Below are positions 51,684 through 60,548 of a stretch of 64,000 nucleotides of DNA, piece by piece; position 1 is the first letter of the stretch; each line of letters begins with the position of its first letter. The DNA lies in contig JBBIRR010000025.1 in assembly GCA_037441705.1 (NCBI GenBank), forward strand, positions 1 to 64,000. The letters are read 5' to 3'. The position numbers were made by a program, and so were the translations under genes. This stretch comes from Ignavibacteriales bacterium (GTDB lineage: Bacteria > Bacteroidota > Ignavibacteria > UBA10030 > UBA6906). The notes under the pieces are model-generated. The model saw nothing but the letters and a program-made list of their open reading frames with translations. It was not told where the DNA came from and made no database searches.

Positions 51684-52712
51684 CTACGGATAGTACGTTA
51701 CCGTATATCGAATGAGGCGAATCGGCTCCCCGAGCCTTCCCATCTCCGCCTCTTCGATGAGCGTGCCGCGCCGATCGTACTTGTAGGCATATTTTGTCAG
51801 CAGTTTGTCTTCGTCGTCGAAGACCTCACGCTCGATCGGGCTTTTCTTGCCATCGTACTTGAACCGCTCGCGCGATTGAAGTTCATCATCGGACTTGAAG
51901 CGCGCCACTTCCGTTTTGTTGCCGGAAGCATCGTACTTGTAGGCGACGCGAGCAGCAACCGACCCGTCGCTTTCGTACTGGACTTCTTCCGTTAAATTTC
52001 CCGCACCGTCGTACTTGTACGCCTTTTTCGACTCCGGTTCGCCGTCTTTGTTTACGAGCGCTTCTTCGACCTTCCTGCCCTTGTTGTCGTACGCATAGGT
52101 TACACGCGAAACAATATCGCCGCTGCCGTTGAACTCAACGCTTTGCACGCGTCTGCCCGCCTGATCGTACTCGTACTTCACCTTCTTCTCAACCGCTCCA
52201 TCCGGTTCGTACTCTGTTACTTCCACCTCCCTGCCGCCGTCGTCGTAACGGTAAACGACTTTGCGGCGAAGCTCGCCGTCAGCATCGTACACATCTTTTT
52301 CGGTCAGCCTTCCAGTCGCGTCGTACTTGTATGCTGTCCGTTCAACAAGCGTGCTGTCGTCGTCGAAGCGCAATTCCTCGGTGAGATTTCCGGCGTTATC
52401 GTAGCGACTGATGAAAAGCTCACGCATCTCTCCATTCTCGTAGATGCGATACAGGGATTTCTTTCCGGCGCGTGTAAATTCGGTGTACTCTTCCGGCGTT
52501 CCCGGCTCGACGGGCGAGCCGAATTTGACGAGGAAACTCGCTTTCAGGATGGACTGGATTGCAGGAGCTTTAGGCTCGGGTTTGCGGGTCGTTTGTTCCG
52601 GTGTCGGTGCCTCGGTGCGCTTGCCCTTCTTGGGCTGTGCTTCTGCAGAAGGCGGACCAACGAGAACAAGAAGCAGAGCGCACGCGCTCAGGTATCGCAG
52701 CCACGATTTCAT
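51684..52712 (-). CDS. Secreted YD/RHS-like repeat protein
   Basis: Signal peptide; about nine 26-aa repeats of pattern YxYDxxGxxxExxxY/FxxDG. Confidence 0.8.
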   Translation of the reverse strand: MKSWLRYLSACALLLVLVGPPSAEAQPKKGKRTEAPTPEQTTRKPEPKAPAIQSILKASFLVKFGSPVEPGTPEEYTEFTRAGKKSLYRIYENGEMRELFISRYDNAGNLTEELRFDDDSTLVERTAYKYDATGRLTEKDVYDADGELRRKVVYRYDDGGREVEVTEYEPDGAVEKKVKYEYDQAGRRVQSVEFNGSGDIVSRVTYAYDNKGRKVEEALVNKDGEPESKKAYKYDGAGNLTEEVQYESDGSVAARVAYKYDASGNKTEVARFKSDDELQSRERFKYDGKKSPIEREVFDDEDKLLTKYAYKYDRRGTLIEEAEMGRLGEPIRLIRYTVTYYP

Positions 52713-52724
52713 GTCATGTCCCTC

Positions 52725-52931
52725 TCAACTTTTTGCTGTTACGTGGGTTTTCTTCTTCCGAACGAGGTCTCGAACTTCGGCTATGAATTCGCGCACGATG
52801 CGCAATCGAGCTTCCTCGCTTCGTGCAGCAAACAGTTCGTTGCGCTGCTCTTTGATGTATCCATCCAACAACATTCTATCCTCGTCCGGCAGTGAGGCCA
52901 AAAACTGCTCGAATGCATCTACGGCTGCCAT
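52725..52931 (-). CDS. Small hypothetical helical protein
   Basis: AGGAGG RBS; co-directional within a tightly packed gene run. Confidence 0.65.
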   Translation of the reverse strand: MAAVDAFEQFLASLPDEDRMLLDGYIKEQRNELFAARSEEARLRIVREFIAEVRDLVRKKKTHVTAKS

Positions 52932-52969
52932 AAACGTCTGTGAACCTCCTTTTCGTCATCGGTTGTATG

Positions 52970-53440
52970 TTACCGGCTGTACCGCAAACCGCTTTCGCGG
53001 AGTGTAAGAATGGGTAGATCGGAATGCGAGAAGCCGTCCAGAATCTCTCCAATGTACAGAATGTGATCGCCGGTGCGCGTGCTGTTCACCAGCTTGCATT
53101 CCAACACGTCGCTGGCCTGCTTCAGCACCGGCAGTCCGCGCGGCGAGATGGCGAACTCCGTCGTTCTCGTTTCCCGAAGCGTCCGGAGAAGCGACTTAGC
53201 AAGCGTTGCGGATCCTGCCGGCAGCATGTTCACGGAAAATACCTGTGCGTTGTCAATAAGATGACGCATGGCGGAATCAAATTCAATAGCAATCGCCAGC
53301 AGCGGCGGGTCGAACGACACCTGCGTCACCCAGGTGGCGATGATCGCACCGGACCTCTGCGGCGTCGCGGATGCGATGACAAACAGGCCGTAGGGAATCT
53401 TGGTCAACACTTTCTTGCGCAGCGCTCTGTCCATCCGCAT
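52970..53440 (-). CDS. Flavin reductase-like family protein
   Basis: IPYGLFVI, QVSFDPPL, GDHILYIGE. Confidence 0.9.
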   Translation of the reverse strand: MRMDRALRKKVLTKIPYGLFVIASATPQRSGAIIATWVTQVSFDPPLLAIAIEFDSAMRHLIDNAQVFSVNMLPAGSATLAKSLLRTLRETRTTEFAISPRGLPVLKQASDVLECKLVNSTRTGDHILYIGEILDGFSHSDLPILTLRESGLRYSR

Positions 53441-53443
53441 TCT

Positions 53444-53785
53444 TCATTCTGGATTCTGGCGCGCAGCCACGCATGCATCGCATTCACAGAGCGACCGAAG
53501 ATACTCCCAGTGATAGATACCCGTGTCGTGCCCGTCGCCCCAGGTAAGTTTCAGCGCGTAGTTTCCAATCGGCTCAGCCTTCGTCAGCTTGTATCGCCCG
53601 GGCACACGTGTATCCTGCGGAGGCGGCGTGTACGTCCGGAACAGCACGGTCTCCCCTTTGCATCCGGCGCACGGACACGAGTCCCGAAGCGTTGCCAGGC
53701 GTATGCGACTCTGATGCCCGTCGCTCCACGTGAGAGAAAGCTCCGTCGGACTGGTTTGCTTGATTGCTGTCGGTTGAAGCGTCAT
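53444..53785 (-). CDS. DUF971 (gamma-butyrobetaine hydroxylase N-terminal-like) Zn-binding protein
   Basis: WSDGH, LRDSCPCAGC, GNYAL..W.DGHDTGIY.W.YL. Confidence 0.9.
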   Translation of the reverse strand: MTLQPTAIKQTSPTELSLTWSDGHQSRIRLATLRDSCPCAGCKGETVLFRTYTPPPQDTRVPGRYKLTKAEPIGNYALKLTWGDGHDTGIYHWEYLRSLCECDACVAARQNPE

Positions 53786-54570
53786 CACTTCTTCTTGAGT
53801 TTGGCATCGAGAAATGCGAAGATGCGCTGCCACGCTTCCGCCGCTGCCGCGGAGTCATAGCCGGCCTTGTTATTCGGGTTCGTGAATGCGTGGCCGACCT
53901 TCGGATAGATTGTCGTACGAACCTGCTTATCGAGCTTCTGGGCTTCACGCTCAAATGCTTTGACACTCGCCGCCGGGATACCTCGGTCCGCCTCACCGAA
54001 GATTCCCAGGACGGGGCAAGTGATCTTCTTGATTTCTTCGACCTCAGAGACGAGTCTTCCATAACAGATCACTGCCGCGGCAAGTTCGGGGATGGTGAGT
54101 GCCGCTGTGAGCGAATACCCTCCACCCATACACCATCCGATGGAACCGACTCGTTCCACATCGCTGCGCGCGGAGAGGTAGGCAAACGCGGAGCGTAAAT
54201 CCTTTGCCGCGCGATCCTCCGGCAGCCCGCGCATCAATTCGTGCGCTTCATCGGATGAGGCAGCAACACGACCTCGGTACAAATCTATTGCTAAGGCAAC
54301 ATACCCACGCCGGGCGAACTCCTCGGCATTCTCCCTTATCCAATCATTCAATCCCCACCATTCGTGAATCACGATAAGAGCCGGGAATGGTCCTTCACTG
54401 CGCGGAGTCGCAAGATACGCCTGCACGGTATCCTCTCCGCTCAGGTACTGAACCCATTGGGTTGAGATTTCTTCTTGAGCGTGTGCATTGGCGATCAAGA
54501 GAGGGGCGATGAAAAACATACGAAGAAATCGAGCAACCGCTTTAGCAATCATGATGTTATCTCCTTTCAT
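53785..54570 (-). CDS. Dienelactone hydrolase family protein
   Basis: HEWWGLN, nucleophile GWCMGG, GHAF. Confidence 0.93.
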   Translation of the reverse strand: MKGDNIMIAKAVARFLRMFFIAPLLIANAHAQEEISTQWVQYLSGEDTVQAYLATPRSEGPFPALIVIHEWWGLNDWIRENAEEFARRGYVALAIDLYRGRVAASSDEAHELMRGLPEDRAAKDLRSAFAYLSARSDVERVGSIGWCMGGGYSLTAALTIPELAAAVICYGRLVSEVEEIKKITCPVLGIFGEADRGIPAASVKAFEREAQKLDKQVRTTIYPKVGHAFTNPNNKAGYDSAAAAEAWQRIFAFLDAKLKKK

Positions 54571-54590
54571 CTCCTAACAATCTTAGCATC

Positions 54591-55730
54591 TCAAACGAGA
54601 TACTTCCCATGGCGAATTATCGTTTCCTGCGTTTCGTCCTCATACACGAACGTCACTTCATCCACCGAGATCATGGGCTGAACGGATGGGACATAGACGC
54701 GATCGATATGAACAACGTTCTTTGGATTGCGAAATGAACCTGGAGACGTGACGCCGCCAAAATGCTCACTTCTCCCAAAGGCGATATGAAGGCCTAATTT
54801 CTCATCAAGCAGGGTGCTCCCAACAGCCTGCACGCCCCACTCTCCAAGGACGCCAATCCCAACCTCAGCGATATTGCCGTACGCCGGTTCCTCTTCGAGC
54901 ATCGCTCGTTCTTTGCGCGACTGCTCGCCGTTTGTCATCACCTCGACTGCCCGGTTGTTCTCGAGGCGATAGACGACAATTTCCTTTCCGAACTGGACAG
55001 GAAGAAAACCCGCGGTGCGGCTCTTGACGCCTTCCTTCTCGCCTTCGTACGGCGTGATGTAGGCCTCCCCGGACGGCAGGTTGGCAACGACACCCTCCTC
55101 CCGCATCAAGCCCCCGCTTGCATGCGCGGTACGGTAGCGCAGATCGAATACCGATTCGTATGTCTTCCCTGCCGCAGAGAGAACAACGCGCACAGCCTCG
55201 GCACGCTCAAGGCGATCCTTGAACTGCACGACGCGATCGTGGACCTTCTCGTAATCGAGTGAGAGCGTCGGAATCATGACCCGGAGAAATCCGGGCATCG
55301 ACGCGCCGCGAAACTGGAATTTCCGGGCGAGCATCTTCAGCGGGGCTGTTGCCGACAACTCCGTCAGCGCAATCGCAACGCTCGACGACGCAAGCACCTC
55401 ATCCAGCGACACTAACATCCCCGCGCCGAGCGACGCGTCTCCCAGATATTCTCGAATTTTCTTGACGAACGGAGGAAGATCGTTGTTGTTGCTGCCGACA
55501 TTCTTGTACGTGCAAAGATTGACCTCGCTGAACGGGGTGCGAAGGGCATTCTCCGTGAGGGCATTGTACCACTCCCCGGCAATTTGTCTTCGGTCGAACC
55601 AGCCGTCGTTATCGGGGACTTTTTCATCCGGCAAGTCAACAAGGATTGTCAGCTCGCCTTCTCGAACCTTGAGGGCAAAGACCGACCTGAGAAGCTGCAT
55701 GAGTTCATCGAATGTAAGATTCTTGATCAT
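54591..55730 (-). CDS. Putative aminopeptidase, thermophilic metalloprotease M29-like
   Basis: NLPSGEAY, NIAEVGIG, LLDEK, HIAFG, HID metal-ligand pattern. Confidence 0.65.
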   Translation of the reverse strand: MIKNLTFDELMQLLRSVFALKVREGELTILVDLPDEKVPDNDGWFDRRQIAGEWYNALTENALRTPFSEVNLCTYKNVGSNNNDLPPFVKKIREYLGDASLGAGMLVSLDEVLASSSVAIALTELSATAPLKMLARKFQFRGASMPGFLRVMIPTLSLDYEKVHDRVVQFKDRLERAEAVRVVLSAAGKTYESVFDLRYRTAHASGGLMREEGVVANLPSGEAYITPYEGEKEGVKSRTAGFLPVQFGKEIVVYRLENNRAVEVMTNGEQSRKERAMLEEEPAYGNIAEVGIGVLGEWGVQAVGSTLLDEKLGLHIAFGRSEHFGGVTSPGSFRNPKNVVHIDRVYVPSVQPMISVDEVTFVYEDETQETIIRHGKYLV

Positions 55731-55890
55731 GGAAGGATTGGCGATACGCAATGACGACAACGTGTTTCTGGAGAACTGCACAGCGCAGACAACGAGGGAC
55801 TATCCACGAGCAGGCCGAGGCCTTCTCGGCGGCACGAGCAGAATGCCATTGAGCGACGATGACCGCTATCCGTGCGCGTCCGATTCCTCT

Positions 55891-56376
55891 TCATACCATG
55901 CGGCGGGCAACTTCCCTGAGGGCGTCCTTTGTTAGAAACTTCTGAACAAGGGGAAACAGAATGTGGTTTTCTTTATGAATATGATTTACGAACAGGGCCA
56001 CAATATGCTTGGCAATCGCATACAACTCCCTGCCCGCGCGTTTATCGTTGTGCTTCTTTTCAATCGCTTTGACTGCCCGCCGCAAGCGCACGAACTCCCT
56101 TTTCAGGTCCTTGTGTTCTTGCCGCATGAGTTCGGTCGGTCCCTCGACGTAGCGTTCGAGCACCGGGAAAAGCGCTTCCTCCTCGCTTTTGTTGTGGACG
56201 GTGACCTCCTCGTTAATAAACTCCATCGCAACCTTGAGCTTCGCGTAGGCGTCCTCCGAAAAGCCGTTCTCGGCAATCGAGCGCGTTGCTTTGTTCAGCA
56301 ACGAAAGCTTCATGAGGGCATGGTCGTGCTCCTGCATGAGCCGTGCAATCGGATCAATCTGCTGCTTATCGTACAT
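55891..56376 (-). CDS. Hemerythrin (HHE) domain protein
   Basis: LMQEH, HNKSEE..LFP, MRQEH, HIHKEN.ILFP. Confidence 0.9.
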   Translation of the reverse strand: MYDKQQIDPIARLMQEHDHALMKLSLLNKATRSIAENGFSEDAYAKLKVAMEFINEEVTVHNKSEEEALFPVLERYVEGPTELMRQEHKDLKREFVRLRRAVKAIEKKHNDKRAGRELYAIAKHIVALFVNHIHKENHILFPLVQKFLTKDALREVARRMV

Positions 56377-56428
56377 GTCCAAAACGCTTTGCTGAGAAAG
56401 AACAAATGACGTCGGATGCACTACGTGG

Positions 56429-56728
56429 TTACGTCAGTTCGGTAAAGGTTGCATACTTCTTTCCGCTGCTGTCGATGCAGCTTTCGAGTTTGCTCAGCAG
56501 GTCCTGCGTTCGTTCGTCCTGGTTGTCATCCAGAGAATCGAACTCTTCTTCACTCTGAAAGAAGTACACTTCGGTGTACTGGTTTCTCTTCCCCTTCGCC
56601 TCGAACACCGCATAGTTCTTTCCGGCAACGGTCGTCATATGATTTTTCAGTTCGCTGATCAATCCTAAGTATGTTTCCCGCTGTTCCGGTTTGACAGTGT
56701 AAGAAATCGTGAACATGATTCGTGGCAT
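56429..56728 (-). CDS. Hypothetical protein, dimeric alpha-beta barrel (ABM-like)
   Basis: N-terminal strand ..YTVKPEQRE.Y pattern; fold is tentative. Confidence 0.6.
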   Translation of the reverse strand: MPRIMFTISYTVKPEQRETYLGLISELKNHMTTVAGKNYAVFEAKGKRNQYTEVYFFQSEEEFDSLDDNQDERTQDLLSKLESCIDSSGKKYATFTELT

Positions 56729-56806
56729 GGAGCGGAATCCTTTCTTGAATAAGAGAAACCAACGATGGTGGCTGATGGGGATGCCGTCTGGGACAGCATC
56801 GGTTGA

Positions 56807-57184
56807 TCAATATCCTGCGGCACGAACTTCTTCTTCGTCCATGCCGTAATAGTGTGCGATTTCATGAATCAGAACGTCACGGATGCGAGCCTGCAGCTCT
56901 TCGCGTGTACGGGCATCGCGTTCGATATTCCTCTTGTACAGAGAAATCCTGTCCGGCACGGCGGGATACATCCCGTAGCCCGTTCCCCGTTTGTTCAACG
57001 GTATGCCCTCATACAAGCCGAGCAACTCCTCGCGCGAGCGAATGCCCATCCTGGCGAGTGTTTCTCGCGCAGGTTCATCCTCTACGGTGATGCTGACGTT
57101 CTCCATGTTCTGCTGAAATCGGGCCGGCAGCTCGTCGAACGCCTGCTGGACAAGGTCTTCGAATTCTTCCCGCGTCAACGTCAT
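56807..57184 (-). CDS. Minimal zincin-like metallopeptidase (Zincin_1)
   Basis: LLGLYEG.P, PDRI.LY, HEIAHYYG. Confidence 0.9.
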   Translation of the reverse strand: MTLTREEFEDLVQQAFDELPARFQQNMENVSITVEDEPARETLARMGIRSREELLGLYEGIPLNKRGTGYGMYPAVPDRISLYKRNIERDARTREELQARIRDVLIHEIAHYYGMDEEEVRAAGY

Positions 57185-57882
57185 CGCAGCGTGATGAAAT
57201 GCATTGTCGATGCGCAGGCCCCCACGATCGCAACCACACTCACAAGCACGGGCAGCCTTCTCACCCCCGCAAATCCGTTCGCGGCCATGGTGGCCTCCAC
57301 CAGAAGGAACAAGGCATAAAGCGCTGCAACCGCCTTCAGGACGAGCAGGGTGGTGTACTCGACCGGCTTGATCACCATGGGCGGAGGATTTGCGCCAAAG
57401 AAATCTAACCCGAAGATCGCAATCTCCACCGGCACCACAAAGACGAGAACGACCACAAACGGAAAAAGCGCGTACGCGGTTGCAGCGAAAAGATTCCGAA
57501 GCGTAGCAGTTCCGCCGATCAGTTTGGTTACTCGCTGAAGCAGAACACTGAGCACAACTACACTCAACATCCCCAGAAACGGACCGGCGATAAGCGCGAT
57601 GCTCACAAGGCTCGTAAGACTTCCGAACCGTTCAGCAAGACTCTTGTACCACGCGATGTCAAGCACAAGTCCTACGCCGAAGAGCGCGCTGAGCAGAAAC
57701 GCATAGTTCTTGTGTCGCGCCAGAACGATCCGCTTCATGGTACGCCGGGGTGATTCCAGCAGACCCCACAGCGTCTCGAACAGGTTCAGTGCGTCCACCC
57801 TGCTTTGGAGAAAACTACCGCATCCATCACAGTTGGTACGCACCTCGTCATTGGCTCTACCACAAACGGGGCAGACTATCAT
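57181..57882 (-). CDS. Yip1-like membrane protein with N-terminal zinc ribbon
   Basis: CPVC...CDGC followed by about five TM helices (IGG.AT...AYA..P). Confidence 0.7.
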   Translation of the reverse strand: MIVCPVCGRANDEVRTNCDGCGSFLQSRVDALNLFETLWGLLESPRRTMKRIVLARHKNYAFLLSALFGVGLVLDIAWYKSLAERFGSLTSLVSIALIAGPFLGMLSVVVLSVLLQRVTKLIGGTATLRNLFAATAYALFPFVVVLVFVVPVEIAIFGLDFFGANPPPMVIKPVEYTTLLVLKAVAALYALFLLVEATMAANGFAGVRRLPVLVSVVAIVGACASTMHFITLR

Positions 57883-57994
57883 AACATCAAGTAGATCAAG
57901 CGGTTAAAAATTACCGAATTTGGCGTACTTTAGCAATGAAATAGTTGAGGTGTGTGCAGACGGGATGGCGACGCTGTGCGGATGACTCAAACCG

Positions 57995-59374
57995 CTACGG
58001 ACGCGAAAGCGGCTCGAATTTCGCCGTGAAGTGTCGCAGCATCGGCGCTTCTTCGATGATGCGAAAGCCGCTCAACTCGTTGCGATGCTCGTACGTCTCC
58101 ACGACGACCTCGATCACATAGTCGATATGGCTCTGCGTGTACACGCGGCGTGGAATCGCCAGACGCACCAACTCCATGCGCGCCGGGATGAGCCTGTGCT
58201 GCTCATCGTACTTGCCGAACATGACGCTGCCGATTTCTACCGATCGGATGCCGCCGCGGCGATACAACTCGACAACCAGCGACTGACCCGGATATTGTTC
58301 GACGGGGATGTGAGGAAGGAACTTCTTTGCATTCAGGTAAATCGCGTGCCCGCCCGGAGGTTGAAGGATCGGAACGCCGGCCTGCGCGAGCTTCTCGCCG
58401 AGATACTCCACCGAGCGAATACGATATTGGAGATAGTGTTCGTCAAGCACTTCATCAAGTCCCTGGGCTATTGCTTCGAGGTCTCGGCCGGCCAAACCGC
58501 CATACGTTGGAAAGCCCTCTGTTACGATCAGTAAGTTGCGCGCCTGCATAGCAAGGGCATCATCGTTGAGGGCAAGGAAACCGCCCATGTTGACGATGGC
58601 ATCCTTCTTCGCGCTCATCGTTGCGCCGTCGGCATACGAGAACATTTCTTGCACAATGTCTTTGACCGAGGCGTGTTCGTATCCTTTTTCTCGTCGTTTG
58701 ATGAAGTAGGCGTTCTCTGCGAAGCGGCAGGCGTCAAGAAACAGCGGGATTCCATACTGCGCGCAGACGCGCTTGGTCTCGCGGATGTTCTGCATGGACA
58801 CCGGCTGCCCGCCGCCCGAATTGTTTGTCACAGTGATCATACACAGAGGAATACTCTTCGGACCCACACGTTTGATGAAGTCCTCCAACGCCTGCACATC
58901 CATGTTGCCCTTGAAGTCCGCGATCAGGTCGGGATCTTTCCCCTCTGCCGTCGGGAAGTCCAGAGCCTCGGCCCCGCTGAATTCGACGTTGGCGCGTGTG
59001 GTATCGAAATGGGAGTTGTTGGGAATATACTTTCCCTTCCCACCCACAATCGTGAAGAGAATCTTCTCGGCTGCGCGGCCCTGGTGTGTTGGGATGATGT
59101 GTTTGAAGCCTGTCAGCTGCCGCACTTTTCGTTCGAACCGGTAGAAACTCCTCGCGCCGGCGTAGGCTTCGTCGCCTTCCATGATGCCCGCCCATTGCTT
59201 GGCACTCATGGCCGCTGTGCCGCTATCGGTGAGCAGGTCAATCAGGACCTCTTCGGCCGGAAGAAGGAACACGTTGTAGTATGCGCGCCGCAGATACTCT
59301 TCACGCTCGCGTACCGTCGTGAAGTTGATCGGTTCAACGCTCTTGATTTTGAACGGTTCGATGATGGTCTTCAT
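57995..59374 (-). CDS. tnaA: Tryptophanase (PLP beta-eliminating lyase)
   Basis: EPFKIKSVE, IDLLTDSGT, HQGRAAE, PLP lysine MSAKKD, RLAIPRR; LRHFTA has His, which favours tryptophanase over tyrosine phenol-lyase (LRFFTA). Confidence 0.88.
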   Translation of the reverse strand: MKTIIEPFKIKSVEPINFTTVREREEYLRRAYYNVFLLPAEEVLIDLLTDSGTAAMSAKQWAGIMEGDEAYAGARSFYRFERKVRQLTGFKHIIPTHQGRAAEKILFTIVGGKGKYIPNNSHFDTTRANVEFSGAEALDFPTAEGKDPDLIADFKGNMDVQALEDFIKRVGPKSIPLCMITVTNNSGGGQPVSMQNIRETKRVCAQYGIPLFLDACRFAENAYFIKRREKGYEHASVKDIVQEMFSYADGATMSAKKDAIVNMGGFLALNDDALAMQARNLLIVTEGFPTYGGLAGRDLEAIAQGLDEVLDEHYLQYRIRSVEYLGEKLAQAGVPILQPPGGHAIYLNAKKFLPHIPVEQYPGQSLVVELYRRGGIRSVEIGSVMFGKYDEQHRLIPARMELVRLAIPRRVYTQSHIDYVIEVVVETYEHRNELSGFRIIEEAPMLRHFTAKFEPLSRP

Positions 59375-59422
59375 CGGATCACCCTTGTGTGTGAATACAC
59401 GTCACGGTATCGTGGCTGAGAA

Positions 59423-60037
59423 GTGATGTTGCTCCTTTTGCCTTACGCGGAAATGTCCTATCTTGCCCTCGGTATACTGGATCAAACCACTGTGAATTTT
59501 TTTAAGAAGAATCTTCTACCTTCCGAACTCGGCGCCCACATTTACGAGTCCCTGCGTCGCGCCCTGCAGTCCGACAGCGATCTTTCCATGCAGCGATTGC
59601 TTGCGAGCCTGGAGCTTGTCCCCGAGGAATTGCACAGCCAGCACGTCGGCGAAGTGATGATCGGGCTGATGTTCGGAGCAACACTGGCCATCGAAAGCGC
59701 GGCAACTCCGCGAACCGCCAATCAGATCGTCTCCGCACTCAAAGCGGAGTTCCTGAACCACCTGGAAGAGCAGGGCGCCACGGCCCTCCAGCGTGCGGAA
59801 TGGGAAGCCGTCCTTGCGGGCCGGTTCCTTTCTTACCGCGCAACGCTTGAAGGCTATACCGGCTTCGAGCCGCCGTGGAAACTCGGCAGGGCACTCTTTT
59901 GGAACATCATCGACAGCGAGGTGCACATCGCTATGTGTGTGAAGATCTGCACGCTGTACATGATGGCCGCACGCGACATGTGCCTCGCGATCCTCAAGGA
60001 ATACGGTCCGCGCCTGCACATGCAGCCCCAACCCTGA
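59423..60037 (+). CDS. Hypothetical helical protein (true start possibly GTG at 59492)
   Basis: Only long ORF filling the gap between tnaA and bcp; no recognisable motif. Confidence 0.6.
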   Translation: MMLLLLPYAEMSYLALGILDQTTVNFFKKNLLPSELGAHIYESLRRALQSDSDLSMQRLLASLELVPEELHSQHVGEVMIGLMFGATLAIESAATPRTANQIVSALKAEFLNHLEEQGATALQRAEWEAVLAGRFLSYRATLEGYTGFEPPWKLGRALFWNIIDSEVHIAMCVKICTLYMMAARDMCLAILKEYGPRLHMQPQP

Positions 60038-60047
60038 CGCATCAGCG

Positions 60048-60518
60048 CTATTCAAGCTGCTGCAGTGTTTCGACAACGCCGGCGGTATGGCGGCCAACGA
60101 GGATCTCGTGATGAAGAACTCGCCGAATGATGCCCTGCTTGTCAATGACGAATGTGACCCGTTTGGCGCCCGGCAGGATGCCGCCGAGCCGCGCATCAAC
60201 ACCGTATGCCCGGGCAATTGCTCGATCATGATCGCTGATGAGCGGAAATGGGAGACGATGTTTTCGAATGAACGCCTGGTGCGTTGCCTCGTCATCATAA
60301 CTAACCCCGACGAGGAACGCGTCGTGTTTCGTCATCTCCTCGTACCGGTCACGGAACGAGCACACTTCCGCCGTACAGCCCGGCGTGAAATCTTTCGGGT
60401 AGAAGAACACGACAATGTTGCGTTTTCCTCGCATGCTCGAAAGCGTAACCGACTCGCCATTGGCGAGACGGATTTCGAAATCCGGTGCCGGGTCTCCTTC
60501 TTTCAGAATCCTGTGCAT
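60048..60518 (-). CDS. bcp: Peroxiredoxin BCP/PrxQ
   Basis: FFYPKDFTPGCTAEVC, RVTFVIDK. Confidence 0.92.
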   Translation of the reverse strand: MHRILKEGDPAPDFEIRLANGESVTLSSMRGKRNIVVFFYPKDFTPGCTAEVCSFRDRYEEMTKHDAFLVGVSYDDEATHQAFIRKHRLPFPLISDHDRAIARAYGVDARLGGILPGAKRVTFVIDKQGIIRRVLHHEILVGRHTAGVVETLQQLE

Positions 60519-60548
60519 AGGCCCATGCGAACGCTACGGAAATCCTGC

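Noticed and set aside
51684-52931. RHS toxin-immunity pair
   Set aside because: There is no RHS core or toxin domain, and the small gene lies upstream rather than downstream.
59375-59491. TnaC-like leader peptide upstream of tnaA
   Set aside because: No suitable Trp-containing short ORF is present on the minus strand in this gap, and no tnaB follows.
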